A DNA stretch of 64,000 nucleotides from an uncultured Desulfovibrionaceae bacterium (GTDB taxonomy: Bacteria > Bacillota > Dethiobacteria > DTU022 > UBA8154), in assembly GCA_964603615.1 (NCBI GenBank), contig CAZRVU010000006.1:12249-76248 (forward strand), given 5' to 3'. Position numbers and translations under genes: made by a program. Below are positions 18,827 through 29,923 of this stretch, in pieces. Within the stretch, counting starts at the first letter, position 1. Every line of letters begins with the position of its first letter. The notes under the pieces were generated by a model that was given only the letters and a program-made list of their open reading frames with translations, was not told the DNA's origin and ran no database searches.

Positions 18827-21220
18827 CTATATTTTACCCAAAGCATGCAAAACTTTCTCTGGTGTGATCGGCAGGCTGTATATACGTACGCCAGCAGCAT
18901 CATGCACAGCATTAGCGATTGCCCCCAAAATCCCGGCCACACAACCTTCACCGACCTCTTTAGCACCAAAGGGGCCACTGGGTTCAATTGTTGCTACAAG
19001 CCCCTCCACAGATTCCGGCGTATCCAGGGAAATAGGTAGTTGGTAACTAAGAAAGGAAGGGTTGAAAAGCTGCCCTTTTTCAAAATATATTTCTTCAGAA
19101 AGGGCTTGCCCCGCCCCCATAGAGGTACAACCATGAATCTGCCCCTCTACAATTATTTTATTGAGAGGGTAACCGCAGTCGTGAAAGGTAACCGCTTTAA
19201 TAAGCCTTATCCGGCCAGTGAGGGTATCAACTTCCACTTCTGCAGCCTGTGCCGCAAAACCATAGGCGCCGGTAAAGAGCCCCTTACCCTTTGCCAGGCT
19301 GGGGTAACGTTCGGTCCGCGGGTATCCCTTGTAGGAACCATGACCGATGACGGGATTACCATCCCTTTTTAAGACGCTGGCTTGAATGGCCTGGGAAAAG
19401 GTAACGGCAAGCTCCGGATTATCCTCCAAAAAAATCATTTTCTTTTTTGTTTTTAATCTGGCTGGATCATTAATCCCCAAAAGTTCTGCAGCACTTTCCA
19501 GTAGTTGGCGTTTGGCATCTGCAGCAGCCTTTTTAACAGCATTACCGGTAACCAGAGCCGTACAGCTTAAAAAACTACCTAAATCAATGGGGCAAAGGTC
19601 CGTATCACCAGCGGCAATACAGACATCTTCTATGCCGATACCCAGCTCTTCGGCCAAAACCTGGCTTAAAGTAGTATAGCTACCCTGACCGATATCCTGT
19701 GCACCCGTAAATAAAGTTGCCGAACCATCGTCATGCAGTTTCACTACAGCGGCAGAAGCAAAGGGATAATACATTGCCCCGCTAAACATGGAGCAGAGAG
19801 AAATTCCCACGCCACGCCGGTAACGATTGCCATTAACCAGCGTTTTAAGTTGCCTTCTCTTTTTTTGCCAGTCAACCGCCGCGGCAGCTCCCGTAAGGCA
19901 TTCCGTTAAACCGCAACTATCCAAGCGATCGCCGTTCGGTAGGATATCCCCTTCTTTACGCACATTTTTATGCATGATCTCCAAAGGATCTAGGCCCAGA
20001 TCCCTGGCAATCAGATCCAGGTGGGAATCGATAGCAAAGCGTATCTGTGGGGCACCGTGGCCGCGCTGTGGGCCGCGTATGCCATTATTCGTATAGATAG
20101 AAAACCCTTCATAACGATAATTGGGCACGTGGTAAACAGGAAAGCTAAAACCGTGACAAAGAAAAATCACTACCGGGCCAGACCCCCGGTAACCACCATT
20201 ATCGGCTATTACTTTTATATCCTGGGCCAAAAGCGTGCCATCCTTCTGTACCCCCGTTTTAATTATTACGTTGATCGGATGGCGCTGACGGGTAGTCATA
20301 AATACTTCTTCCCGGTCTAGCTCAATCTTGACTGGTCGGCCAGTTTGTCTTGAAAGATAGGCTGCGCAGAATTCATAGGGAAAAAGATCGATCTTCCCAC
20401 CAAAAGCCCCGCCTACAAAACTATGATGCACCCTGATCTTACTGGCCGGCAAATCTAGGGTTCTGCTTAAAAAATGTCTTTTCAAGAAGATACCCTGGGT
20501 TGATAACCAGACATGCAACTTTCCTTCCAGGGAATCAAAATTGGCTACAGCAGCATGCGGTTCCATCTGACAATGGGCCGTAGCTTTTAGCTCAAAGCGA
20601 TCCTCACGGCAATAATCCGCCTCCTGAAAAACTTGCTCCACATCACCAAAATTAACAAAGGTGTGCCCGCTTAAGTTATTAACTGCCTTTTCCTGTTTTT
20701 GCTCCCCTTTTTGTTGCGCGACCCCCCACTCTTCCCAGAAAGAGGTACCTGTTAATTGTTCATCATGGATTACAGGTGCATCTTCCTGCATCGCTTCCTC
20801 CGGATGGTAAACAGCCGGCAAGACTTCGTATTCAACCTTTATTAAAGATAGCGCCTTTTCGGCAATTGCTTCACTTTCAGCAGCTACTGCCGCAACTTCG
20901 TCTCCGATATATCTAACCTTATCGACAGCCAGCGGCTGTTCATCAGCGGGATAACGGGGTGTATCGACAAAAGCATAACGCACCGCACGTACATCTTCAC
21001 CGGTAATTACAGCTTTTACACCCGGCAACTGTTGTGCGGCACTGGTATCTACTTTAAGCAGCCTGGCATGGGGATGAGGGCTACGCAGTATTTTCCCATA
21101 AAGCATACCCGGCAACTCAACATCAACCGTGTAGATAGCCTTGCCTGAAGCTTTGGCCGGTCCGTCGACGCGCGGGATCCCTTTACCAATATAATTATAA
21201 TCTTTCACCAAAAACACCAC
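18827..21220 (-). CDS. Xanthine dehydrogenase family molybdopterin-binding subunit, 4-hydroxybenzoyl-CoA reductase alpha (HcrA)-like
   Basis: RVDG..KASG.A.Y..D, GGAFGGK, RGHGAPQ (RGHG as in HcrA rather than RGFG), GAQDIGQG, GPFGAKEVGEG. Confidence 0.85.
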   Translation of the reverse strand: MVFLVKDYNYIGKGIPRVDGPAKASGKAIYTVDVELPGMLYGKILRSPHPHARLLKVDTSAAQQLPGVKAVITGEDVRAVRYAFVDTPRYPADEQPLAVDKVRYIGDEVAAVAAESEAIAEKALSLIKVEYEVLPAVYHPEEAMQEDAPVIHDEQLTGTSFWEEWGVAQQKGEQKQEKAVNNLSGHTFVNFGDVEQVFQEADYCREDRFELKATAHCQMEPHAAVANFDSLEGKLHVWLSTQGIFLKRHFLSRTLDLPASKIRVHHSFVGGAFGGKIDLFPYEFCAAYLSRQTGRPVKIELDREEVFMTTRQRHPINVIIKTGVQKDGTLLAQDIKVIADNGGYRGSGPVVIFLCHGFSFPVYHVPNYRYEGFSIYTNNGIRGPQRGHGAPQIRFAIDSHLDLIARDLGLDPLEIMHKNVRKEGDILPNGDRLDSCGLTECLTGAAAAVDWQKKRRQLKTLVNGNRYRRGVGISLCSMFSGAMYYPFASAAVVKLHDDGSATLFTGAQDIGQGSYTTLSQVLAEELGIGIEDVCIAAGDTDLCPIDLGSFLSCTALVTGNAVKKAAADAKRQLLESAAELLGINDPARLKTKKKMIFLEDNPELAVTFSQAIQASVLKRDGNPVIGHGSYKGYPRTERYPSLAKGKGLFTGAYGFAAQAAEVEVDTLTGRIRLIKAVTFHDCGYPLNKIIVEGQIHGCTSMGAGQALSEEIYFEKGQLFNPSFLSYQLPISLDTPESVEGLVATIEPSGPFGAKEVGEGCVAGILGAIANAVHDAAGVRIYSLPITPEKVLHALGKI

Positions 21221-21264
21221 CTGTCATTTAATAATTAATTCGAAATAATAAAATGGAGATCTGG

Positions 21265-21732
21265 TTAAGAATCAAGAGAGCGAATTGCTTCGATAATCTG
21301 TACAAAACCGGTGCAGCGGCAAATGTTTCCGGCAATCGCTTCTTTTATTTCTGTCGTCGTTGGATGAGGATTTTGTTCCAGCAAACTTTTTGTAACGAGG
21401 ATCATCCCCGGTGAACAAAAACCGCATTGAATAGCCCCTTTTTCATTGAAAGCCTGCTGAATAGGGTGCAGTTTTCCTGCTTGTGCCAGGCCTTCAATTG
21501 TAGTAACTGACTTTTTATCTGCTCTGATTGCCAATAATGAACAAGAGCTGACCGGTTTACCGTCTAAGAGAACCGTGCAAGCCCCACATTCCCCTTGATT
21601 GCAACCTTTTTTTGTTCCCGTCAACCCTAAATCTTCGCGCAGCACCTCCAAAAGTGTCCGCTGCACATCAATTGTCAGGACTTTTTCTTCACCATTTACT
21701 AAAAGCCGGATCGTTTTTTTCATGATAATCAA
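21265..21732 (-). CDS. 2x[2Fe-2S] subunit (HcrC/CoxS-like)
   Basis: GTKKGCNQGECGACTV, QCGFCSPG, GNICRCTG. Confidence 0.95.
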   Translation of the reverse strand: MIIMKKTIRLLVNGEEKVLTIDVQRTLLEVLREDLGLTGTKKGCNQGECGACTVLLDGKPVSSCSLLAIRADKKSVTTIEGLAQAGKLHPIQQAFNEKGAIQCGFCSPGMILVTKSLLEQNPHPTTTEIKEAIAGNICRCTGFVQIIEAIRSLDS

Positions 21733-22745
21733 ATCCCTCCCGCTTTTTTTAAGGCTTCTGTGATCACGATTTTAGCAATTTCCCGCTTGTAACGCGGAGA
21801 AATAAGAGAGGTCTTAATAGGATGTATCTCAGAAGCAGCTATTTGGGCCACCTTAGACAGCAAGTTCATTTCCAACTCCTGCTGCAAAAGCTCTTTCCGT
21901 GCTCTTACCGCTATCACTGGCGCCGGTTCTGCACCGGTAATCACCAGGCAAGCGTCTGCACATATTACTCCATTTACTCCATGCTTCCCTGGTTTTCCGT
22001 TTGCAAGTTTAAGCATTACCGCAACCCCCAACACTGGGAAATCAATGGACTCCCGCATCCTAAATTTTTGATAAATACAATTCACCTGCGGTGTGGGCAG
22101 CGGCACTTCAATACCCGTTAGGATTTCTCCGCTACCCGCCATAATTTTATGAGGATTGCGGCCTTCTGCGGTGTAGAATTGATCTAAAGGCAGGGTTCTC
22201 GTTCCTTCTGGGCCTGCCAAACGAATTTTAGCACCGTAAGCGATTAAAACCGGCGGCAGATCTGCCGAAAAAGTCGCCACGCAACTTCCCTTTTTATTAG
22301 TTACATGGCAAATATCTCCCCCGGCCTTAAAACACTTTTCTCGTGTTGAACGCCAAAATTGCGATTGATTATAGAAGCGACATCTCGTATTCAGACAAAC
22401 ATTGCCACCAATCGTGGCTAGAGGACGTAAAAGCGGGGAGCCGACTTCCCGGGCTGCATGTTTTAAGGCTGGAAATTTTTCTGCAACCAAATCTGAACAA
22501 AGAAGATCCTCCAAAGTGCACATTGCGCCAATTACAAGCAAGCCGTTTTCTTCTTTAATTTCCTTCAAGGATAAAATTTTATCGAGACTGAGCAGGCCGG
22601 ACGGGGTAATCAATCTCTGCTTTAAAGCCGTCAATAAATCCGTTCCCCCGGCAATAATCTGGTAATTATCCTTCAATTCCCCAACCTTGGCCACTGCCTC
22701 CCCTAAACTTTCCGGTTCGAAATAATCGAATTCTAACAACCGCAC
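21729..22745 (-). CDS. FAD-binding subunit with an HcrB-type [4Fe-4S] insertion
   Basis: IAGGTDL, ATIGGNVC, insertion CLNTRCRFYNQSQFWR...CFKAGGDICHV...CVATFSAD, KFRMRESIDF. Confidence 0.88.
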   Translation of the reverse strand: MRLLEFDYFEPESLGEAVAKVGELKDNYQIIAGGTDLLTALKQRLITPSGLLSLDKILSLKEIKEENGLLVIGAMCTLEDLLCSDLVAEKFPALKHAAREVGSPLLRPLATIGGNVCLNTRCRFYNQSQFWRSTREKCFKAGGDICHVTNKKGSCVATFSADLPPVLIAYGAKIRLAGPEGTRTLPLDQFYTAEGRNPHKIMAGSGEILTGIEVPLPTPQVNCIYQKFRMRESIDFPVLGVAVMLKLANGKPGKHGVNGVICADACLVITGAEPAPVIAVRARKELLQQELEMNLLSKVAQIAASEIHPIKTSLISPRYKREIAKIVITEALKKAGGI

Positions 22746-22869
22746 GTCTAACCCTCCTTGTTAAACATTCTTTTGAATATTTACCTGTTAACTACAAAGC
22801 ATACTTTAGAGCAATTTGGTCCTGCCGTAAAAAATTTAATTATCCAGTTAATGTTATAAAAATTAATTC

Positions 22870-22885
22870 TACTAACCGGTTAGTA
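22870..22885. promoter_or_regulatory. Perfect 16-bp palindrome, candidate TetR operator
   Basis: TACTAACCGGTTAGTA, just downstream of the predicted minus-strand promoter of the Mo-enzyme operon. Confidence 0.6.
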
Positions 22886-22897
22886 ACATCTTTTATT

Positions 22898-22926
22898 ATA
22901 GTAACTTACTTAAAGTAATATGTCAA
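22898..22926 (-). promoter_or_regulatory. Sigma-A-like promoter of the hcrB-C-A-tetR-like operon
   Basis: TTGACA (22926-22921), 17-bp spacer, TACTAT (22903-22898). Confidence 0.6.
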
Positions 22927-22941
22927 GCAGAATTTTTTGAA

Positions 22942-22970
22942 TTGACAAAAAGATCTTCCTCATGTATATT
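22942..22970 (+). promoter_or_regulatory. Sigma-A-like promoter of katG
   Basis: TTGACA (22942-22947), 17-bp spacer, TATATT (22965-22970). Confidence 0.7.
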
Positions 22971-23019
22971 CAGATGTAATAATGTAAGTTTTTCAGATAT
23001 TAAAACTTGAGATTAGTGA

Positions 23020-25224
<2,205 letters not shown>

Positions 25225-25374
25225 TTGGTTAATTGTAAATTTAACCTGGATAAACGCTAGAAGTCATTTTTTTAAAAATCAATATATTTAATTTCTGTTA
25301 AACTTGTTACGTTTTGTATTTTTCTGCTGCCCACCACTTTAAAAATCATTTTTCATACTCGTATTATACTTCTT

Positions 25375-25405
25375 AAACCCTTGTTTTTTTATCATTCAAG
25401 GGTTT
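25375..25405 (+). terminator. Hairpin downstream of katG, possible intrinsic terminator
   Basis: AAACCCTTG...CAAGGGTTT followed by CCTTTTT. Confidence 0.45.
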
Positions 25406-25581
25406 CCTTTTTGTCCCTGCATCATCAGGACTATAAGGACTATAGTTTGAAAATGTTTTTTTATGCAGGTAATTCTGTTATAATACTCATTGAAGGGAAG
25501 TAAAGTTTTATTGGATAGGATATTAGATACAGCCAGCAGGCAGGATTTAAAACAATAAATTATCAAAGAAGGACTGAATAA

Positions 25582-26646
25582 ATGTACGGGGAGCTTACTG
25601 TACCGGAAGCAATTAATCTACCTTTCGCAGTCTTTGTCGACCTGCGTTCCCCGGTCGAATACGCGCGAGGTTCCATCCCAGGCGCTTTGAATATCCCGCT
25701 TTTTAGCGATTCAGAGCGCGAAACAATTGGTTTACACTACAAAAAAGATCGGCAGGGCGCCCGTCTAACAGGCCTGAATTTTATAGCTTCCAGACTTCCA
25801 GAAATAATGGATAAAATTTATAGCCTGGGTGCGCATAAAATACCTGTTTTATATTGCTGGAGAGGAGGCCTGCGTAGTAAAAGCTTTTATAATTTGCTGG
25901 CCGCTTCGGGTATCCCCGCTTATAGGTTGCCCGGCGGTTACAAAGCTTATAGGCGTTATATTCTAGATCAGTTGGCTGTATATGAACTTCAAAAACCGCT
26001 CTTTGTACTAAACGGGTTAACCGGCACCGGTAAAACAAAAATTTTGCACCTGCTGCTAACCAGGGGTTGCCCGGGTATTGACCTGGAAAAACTGGCCTGT
26101 CACCGGGGCTCGCTTTTCGGCCATTTAGGTTTTAAGCATAAACGCGGCCAAAAAGATTTTGATGCCCATTTATGGAGCTGTTTGCATCAACATCGAAATG
26201 CACCCTACTTGTTATTTGAGGGTGAGGGGAAAAGGATTGGACCCGTTTACCTGCCGCCTTTTCTCTTTAAGGCAATGCAAAAAGGAACACATATCCTTTT
26301 GACTGCTCCCTTGGCAAAAAGAGTGGAACGACTGCTACAAGAATACACCCCCTCCTCCCTGCAAGATGAAAGCGAACAAATCGAAGGGGCTATACAATCC
26401 CTAAAAAAATACCTGGGAACAAAAACCGTTGACTATTTCCTATCACTATTAAAACAAAAAAATTATGCCGAACTGGTTAGCTCTCTTTGTCAACTTTATT
26501 ATGATCGTCTTTACAGTGAATCAAAACCGGAACAGACCAATTTTGTCCTAACCGTGGATAGCAGCAATCTCCAAAAAGCGACAGACATAATTCAGGATTA
26601 TGTTCAGCAAAAGTTGAATAAAAACAGGATAAAAACACCTGTTTAA
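25582..26646 (+). CDS. mnmH: tRNA 2-selenouridine synthase (SelU/MnmH)
   Basis: Rhodanese VDLRSP.EY..GSIPGALNIPLF, YCWRGGLRS, P-loop GLTGTGKT, IDLE.LA.HRGS.FG, EGEGKRIG. Confidence 0.95.
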   Translation: MYGELTVPEAINLPFAVFVDLRSPVEYARGSIPGALNIPLFSDSERETIGLHYKKDRQGARLTGLNFIASRLPEIMDKIYSLGAHKIPVLYCWRGGLRSKSFYNLLAASGIPAYRLPGGYKAYRRYILDQLAVYELQKPLFVLNGLTGTGKTKILHLLLTRGCPGIDLEKLACHRGSLFGHLGFKHKRGQKDFDAHLWSCLHQHRNAPYLLFEGEGKRIGPVYLPPFLFKAMQKGTHILLTAPLAKRVERLLQEYTPSSLQDESEQIEGAIQSLKKYLGTKTVDYFLSLLKQKNYAELVSSLCQLYYDRLYSESKPEQTNFVLTVDSSNLQKATDIIQDYVQQKLNKNRIKTPV

Positions 26647-26664
26647 AATAATTTTCCTATACTT

Positions 26665-26890
26665 GATTCTACTGCATAAATTCTATTTGCAAGGCGTTCG
26701 CTGAAATCAGCATCCCTTCGACTGACAATTTTTCGCCCGGGCCAATGGAACGTCCTCTTCAAAAGGCCCTAAAAATGGCGTCCTGCCATTTTTGCTTCAA
26801 AATTATGGCGTCTTCATGGGCTGATTTTTACAGCTTACGCTCAAACAAATTTCGTTTTACGCAGCAAAATGTAATTTTTTCAGTGGAATC
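26665..26890 (-). mobile_element. 226-bp MITE-like element, copy B (inverted relative to copy A)
   Basis: TIRs GATTCTACTGCATAAATT ... AATTTTTTCAGTGGAATC (15/18 match); flanked by the direct repeat TATACTT (26658-26664 and 26891-26897). Confidence 0.88.
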
Positions 26891-26955
26891 TATACTTATT
26901 TTAAACAAAACAAACAAAGTATTGCCAGGTGAAAACCAGAAAGGAGTTGGAATTC

Positions 26956-27330
26956 ATGAACGTTTACGATTATGCTCACAGCTTAGCGAAAGCGATTAAA
27001 TTGTCGCCGGAGTACGCCAGTTTTAAGGAATGCCAGGACAAGTTGGAAAAAGATCAGGGTGCCAAGGAGATGCTAACAGATTTTAGAAAAAGCCAGTTAG
27101 AGCTGCAAAAACAAAAAATATCCGGCCTAGAGGTAGCACCGGAACAGGAAAAACGCCTGACACAAAGGTGGGAGATTATTAACCTGAATCTTATTGTTAA
27201 AGAGTATCTGGAAGCAGAGTATCGCTTTAGTGTCCTGCTTACAGACGTGCAAAGAATAATTGGCGAAGCTCTGGAAGAGATCTTTACCCAACAGGTACCA
27301 GAACAATTTTCCTTCCAGGATGAAGAATAA
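26956..27330 (+). CDS. YlbF/YmcA family regulator
   Basis: MNVYDYAHSLAKAIK.SPEY..FKE...EYLEAEYRFSVLL.DVQRII; RBS AAGGAG before the ATG at 26956. Confidence 0.88.
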   Translation: MNVYDYAHSLAKAIKLSPEYASFKECQDKLEKDQGAKEMLTDFRKSQLELQKQKISGLEVAPEQEKRLTQRWEIINLNLIVKEYLEAEYRFSVLLTDVQRIIGEALEEIFTQQVPEQFSFQDEE

Positions 27331-27496
27331 TCTTAACCCTTGCAGTTAACAGTTAGTTAATGTCATCCGATTTTTTAAAAACTGGACAAACTGAATAGTT
27401 GGCACAAATTGTTTAGCAAAACTAAAGTGAAAGCAAAACAATACTTTGTCATGTACAGAAATTCTCCGGTTTTATCTCGTCCCTAAGTCCATGCTT

Positions 27497-28060
27497 TTAT
27501 TTAATCGTTTCCTGTTCCTCTTGCTCTGTATCTTCTTCCTGCTCGTCTTCCTCTTCCAACTGCCAAAATGGAATAATCCGGCTTAATATCTGGTCTTCTT
27601 GATCGACAAACTGCCAGACAGCATTGTCCAGGTCTACAGCATTGCGATCAACAGTGATCACATGATAAAAATTATCCTTGGGTTCCACCAACACCCTGAT
27701 CTCCGCTTCTCCCAACCCGGGTATAACATTCATACTTTGAATTTCACTATTTACAGCAAACACAGCCACCTCTGCGGCAGCGTTAAAAGGGTAGTCGGGA
27801 AGAATTAACCCCATTTCCTGGGAAACCTTGGCCCATCCTTCATCATCTGCCACAAGATTAAAAGAAGTCGACGTAGTCAGAGCCCCCCAATCGGTAGTGG
27901 TGAAAATTAAGCTGTCTGCATCTACTTTAGACGGCCCGGCGGTTGGTTCAAGCCTAAAAAAATTATCATAGACGGTCAAGCCAATCAATAATGCCAGCAA
28001 AAATAACAGTGGAATGAGCCGGCGGGCTTCCACAACAAAAAACTTGCCTCTCTTTTTCAT
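27497..28060 (-). CDS. Hypothetical membrane-anchored protein with acidic tail; possibly remotely PrcB C-terminal-like
   Basis: TM helix near the N-terminus, RBS GGAGG, E/D-rich C-terminus; the PrcB resemblance is only an impression. Confidence 0.65.
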   Translation of the reverse strand: MKKRGKFFVVEARRLIPLLFLLALLIGLTVYDNFFRLEPTAGPSKVDADSLIFTTTDWGALTTSTSFNLVADDEGWAKVSQEMGLILPDYPFNAAAEVAVFAVNSEIQSMNVIPGLGEAEIRVLVEPKDNFYHVITVDRNAVDLDNAVWQFVDQEDQILSRIIPFWQLEEEDEQEEDTEQEEQETIK

Positions 28061-28090
28061 TGACTTTCCTCCCTCATATTTCCTTCCTTG

Positions 28091-28119
28091 ATCATATGCG
28101 GGGAAAAGTCTGAGTATGA
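28091..28119 (-). promoter_or_regulatory. Candidate sigma-E (mother-cell) promoter
   Basis: TCATACT (28119-28113), 14-bp spacer, CATATGAT (28098-28091); fits the sigma-E consensus (T/G)(C/A)ATA..-N14-CATACA.T. Confidence 0.6.
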
Positions 28120-28367
28120 CTGTTTGTTAATAGCTACTTGAAAATCCGCATACCTTTTGGAGGTGCGGGGGGCAAGCAATAAATTGGAAATATGGAACAA
28201 GAAGCAATATATTGAAAATAATAATTAAAGTGGACACAAATATCAAAAACGGTTTTTAAAAGTTTAAGCAACAAGTGCAGGATAACTTCCTTTTTGCTTA
28301 ACGTCTCTGTTTTTATAATTTTTAAGGGAAAATATCATTTATGCAGCAGGGGCTGAAAATAAAAATT

Positions 28368-29789
28368 TTAAGGAATCAAAATGCCCTGCAGGTAACCGCG
28401 ACAATTTTTTGTAAGATGCACACGGCCTAATTCACCCCTCCATTTCCCCGGGGGCAACAAAGCATGTACACGCAGATAATTAGATGTTAAACCTTCAAAG
28501 ATAAGACTCTTTTCTTCTCCTTCTGTTTTTCCCCTGGCAAAATGTCGGTTGACCTTTTTTCTATTTTCTTCCCCGGGCAAATGCGAAGCGATATCTTCTT
28601 GGCTGGCAGGCCCCAAAAGTTCCTTTTCAAAGAGAACATCAAATTCACGCCCCATATATTTTTGCTGAAAGGCTGCTGAGAGTTCCTCCCCCAGAGAGAG
28701 CATCCGGTGGCTCCTTTCTTCTTTGAGCTGCGGTGAAACTTGTGGACTCATCGCTGCAGCACGGGTGCCAGGACGGGGCGAATATTTAAATACGTGTAAA
28801 CGGCTAAAAGAACACTCCCGGACGAACTGGAGGCTGTTTTGGAAGTGAACGCTTCCTTCTCCCGGGAAGCCAACCATCACATCTGTACTTACGGCCAGAT
28901 CGGGTAGAGCCTTCCGCAACTTTTCTAAAAGTGACGCGTAAGCAGCAAGATCATAATGGCGTCCCATTTTTTTTAAAATAGTGTTATCGCCGCTCTGTAA
29001 AGGAATATGCAGATGGTGGCAAATTTTCGGCTGTGCCTGAAGTACGGCGATTAGTTCGTCACTAAAATCCGTCGGCTCAATTGAACTGAGCCGGATTCTG
29101 TCCAACCTTTCTATAGTTACAGCCTCCTGCAAAAAAACAGCAAGATTAACTGGCGGGTTTAAATCCACGCCATATAGCCCTAGATGAATACCAGTGAGCA
29201 CTACCTCCTTGAAACCGGCGTGGCTGATCTCCTGCAAACATTTTTTCCCCCGTGAAAGCGGTAAACTGCGCAGCGGCCCACGGGCTAAAGGAATAATACA
29301 GTAGCTGCAAAACTGATTACAACCCTCTTGTATTTTTAAAAAAGCCCTCGTCCGATCCTGTTCCGGCAGAAATGATCTTTCTTCAAAGAACACTGTTTCA
29401 CCATAAGGCTCTACTTTGGCATAAATATCATCCCCGGCAAGTTTTCTTTTAATCAGTTGTGGCAAAAAAGGGTGCCCTGTCGTTCCTAGTAATAAATCTA
29501 CTTCCGGCAGAGAAGCAACCCTGGCAGGATTGACCTGGACATAACAACCCAGGGCCACAACCAAAGCCCGGGGATTATGCCTTTTCGCCCGGCGTAGAAA
29601 CTGCCGGGATTTGCGATCGGCCAGGTGGGTTACAGTACAGGTATTTACCACATAAACATCCGCTTTGTCATTAAAGTCGACAACTGTAAAGCCCTCCCGG
29701 CGAAACTCGCTTTTGAGGGCTTCCGTATCATAATAGTTGACTTTGCAACCCAATGTATAAAAAGCAATTTTTAGGGACAATATTTGCAC
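28368..29789 (-). CDS. mtaB: tRNA t6A37 methylthiotransferase MtaB
   Basis: TLGCKVNYYDT, VVNTCTVTHLADRKSRQ, radical-SAM KIQEGCNQFCSYCIIP..RG, LHVFKYSPRPGT. Confidence 0.96.
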   Translation of the reverse strand: MQILSLKIAFYTLGCKVNYYDTEALKSEFRREGFTVVDFNDKADVYVVNTCTVTHLADRKSRQFLRRAKRHNPRALVVALGCYVQVNPARVASLPEVDLLLGTTGHPFLPQLIKRKLAGDDIYAKVEPYGETVFFEERSFLPEQDRTRAFLKIQEGCNQFCSYCIIPLARGPLRSLPLSRGKKCLQEISHAGFKEVVLTGIHLGLYGVDLNPPVNLAVFLQEAVTIERLDRIRLSSIEPTDFSDELIAVLQAQPKICHHLHIPLQSGDNTILKKMGRHYDLAAYASLLEKLRKALPDLAVSTDVMVGFPGEGSVHFQNSLQFVRECSFSRLHVFKYSPRPGTRAAAMSPQVSPQLKEERSHRMLSLGEELSAAFQQKYMGREFDVLFEKELLGPASQEDIASHLPGEENRKKVNRHFARGKTEGEEKSLIFEGLTSNYLRVHALLPPGKWRGELGRVHLTKNCRGYLQGILIP

Positions 29790-29923
29790 CCCTTCTAGGG
29801 TAGAACAATGTGTATAATCAATAAAACTTATTAAACCAATTTATATTCATCGACAGACGCGGGCACATATGTGTCAAAACTCCCATTACCCTGACATTCC
29901 CCACGACACAACCCGGAGACAGG

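Noticed and set aside
26745-26999. 84-aa ORF MERPLQKALKMASCHF...
   Set aside because: It lies mostly inside MITE copy B and overlaps the YlbF-family gene out of frame; probably spurious.
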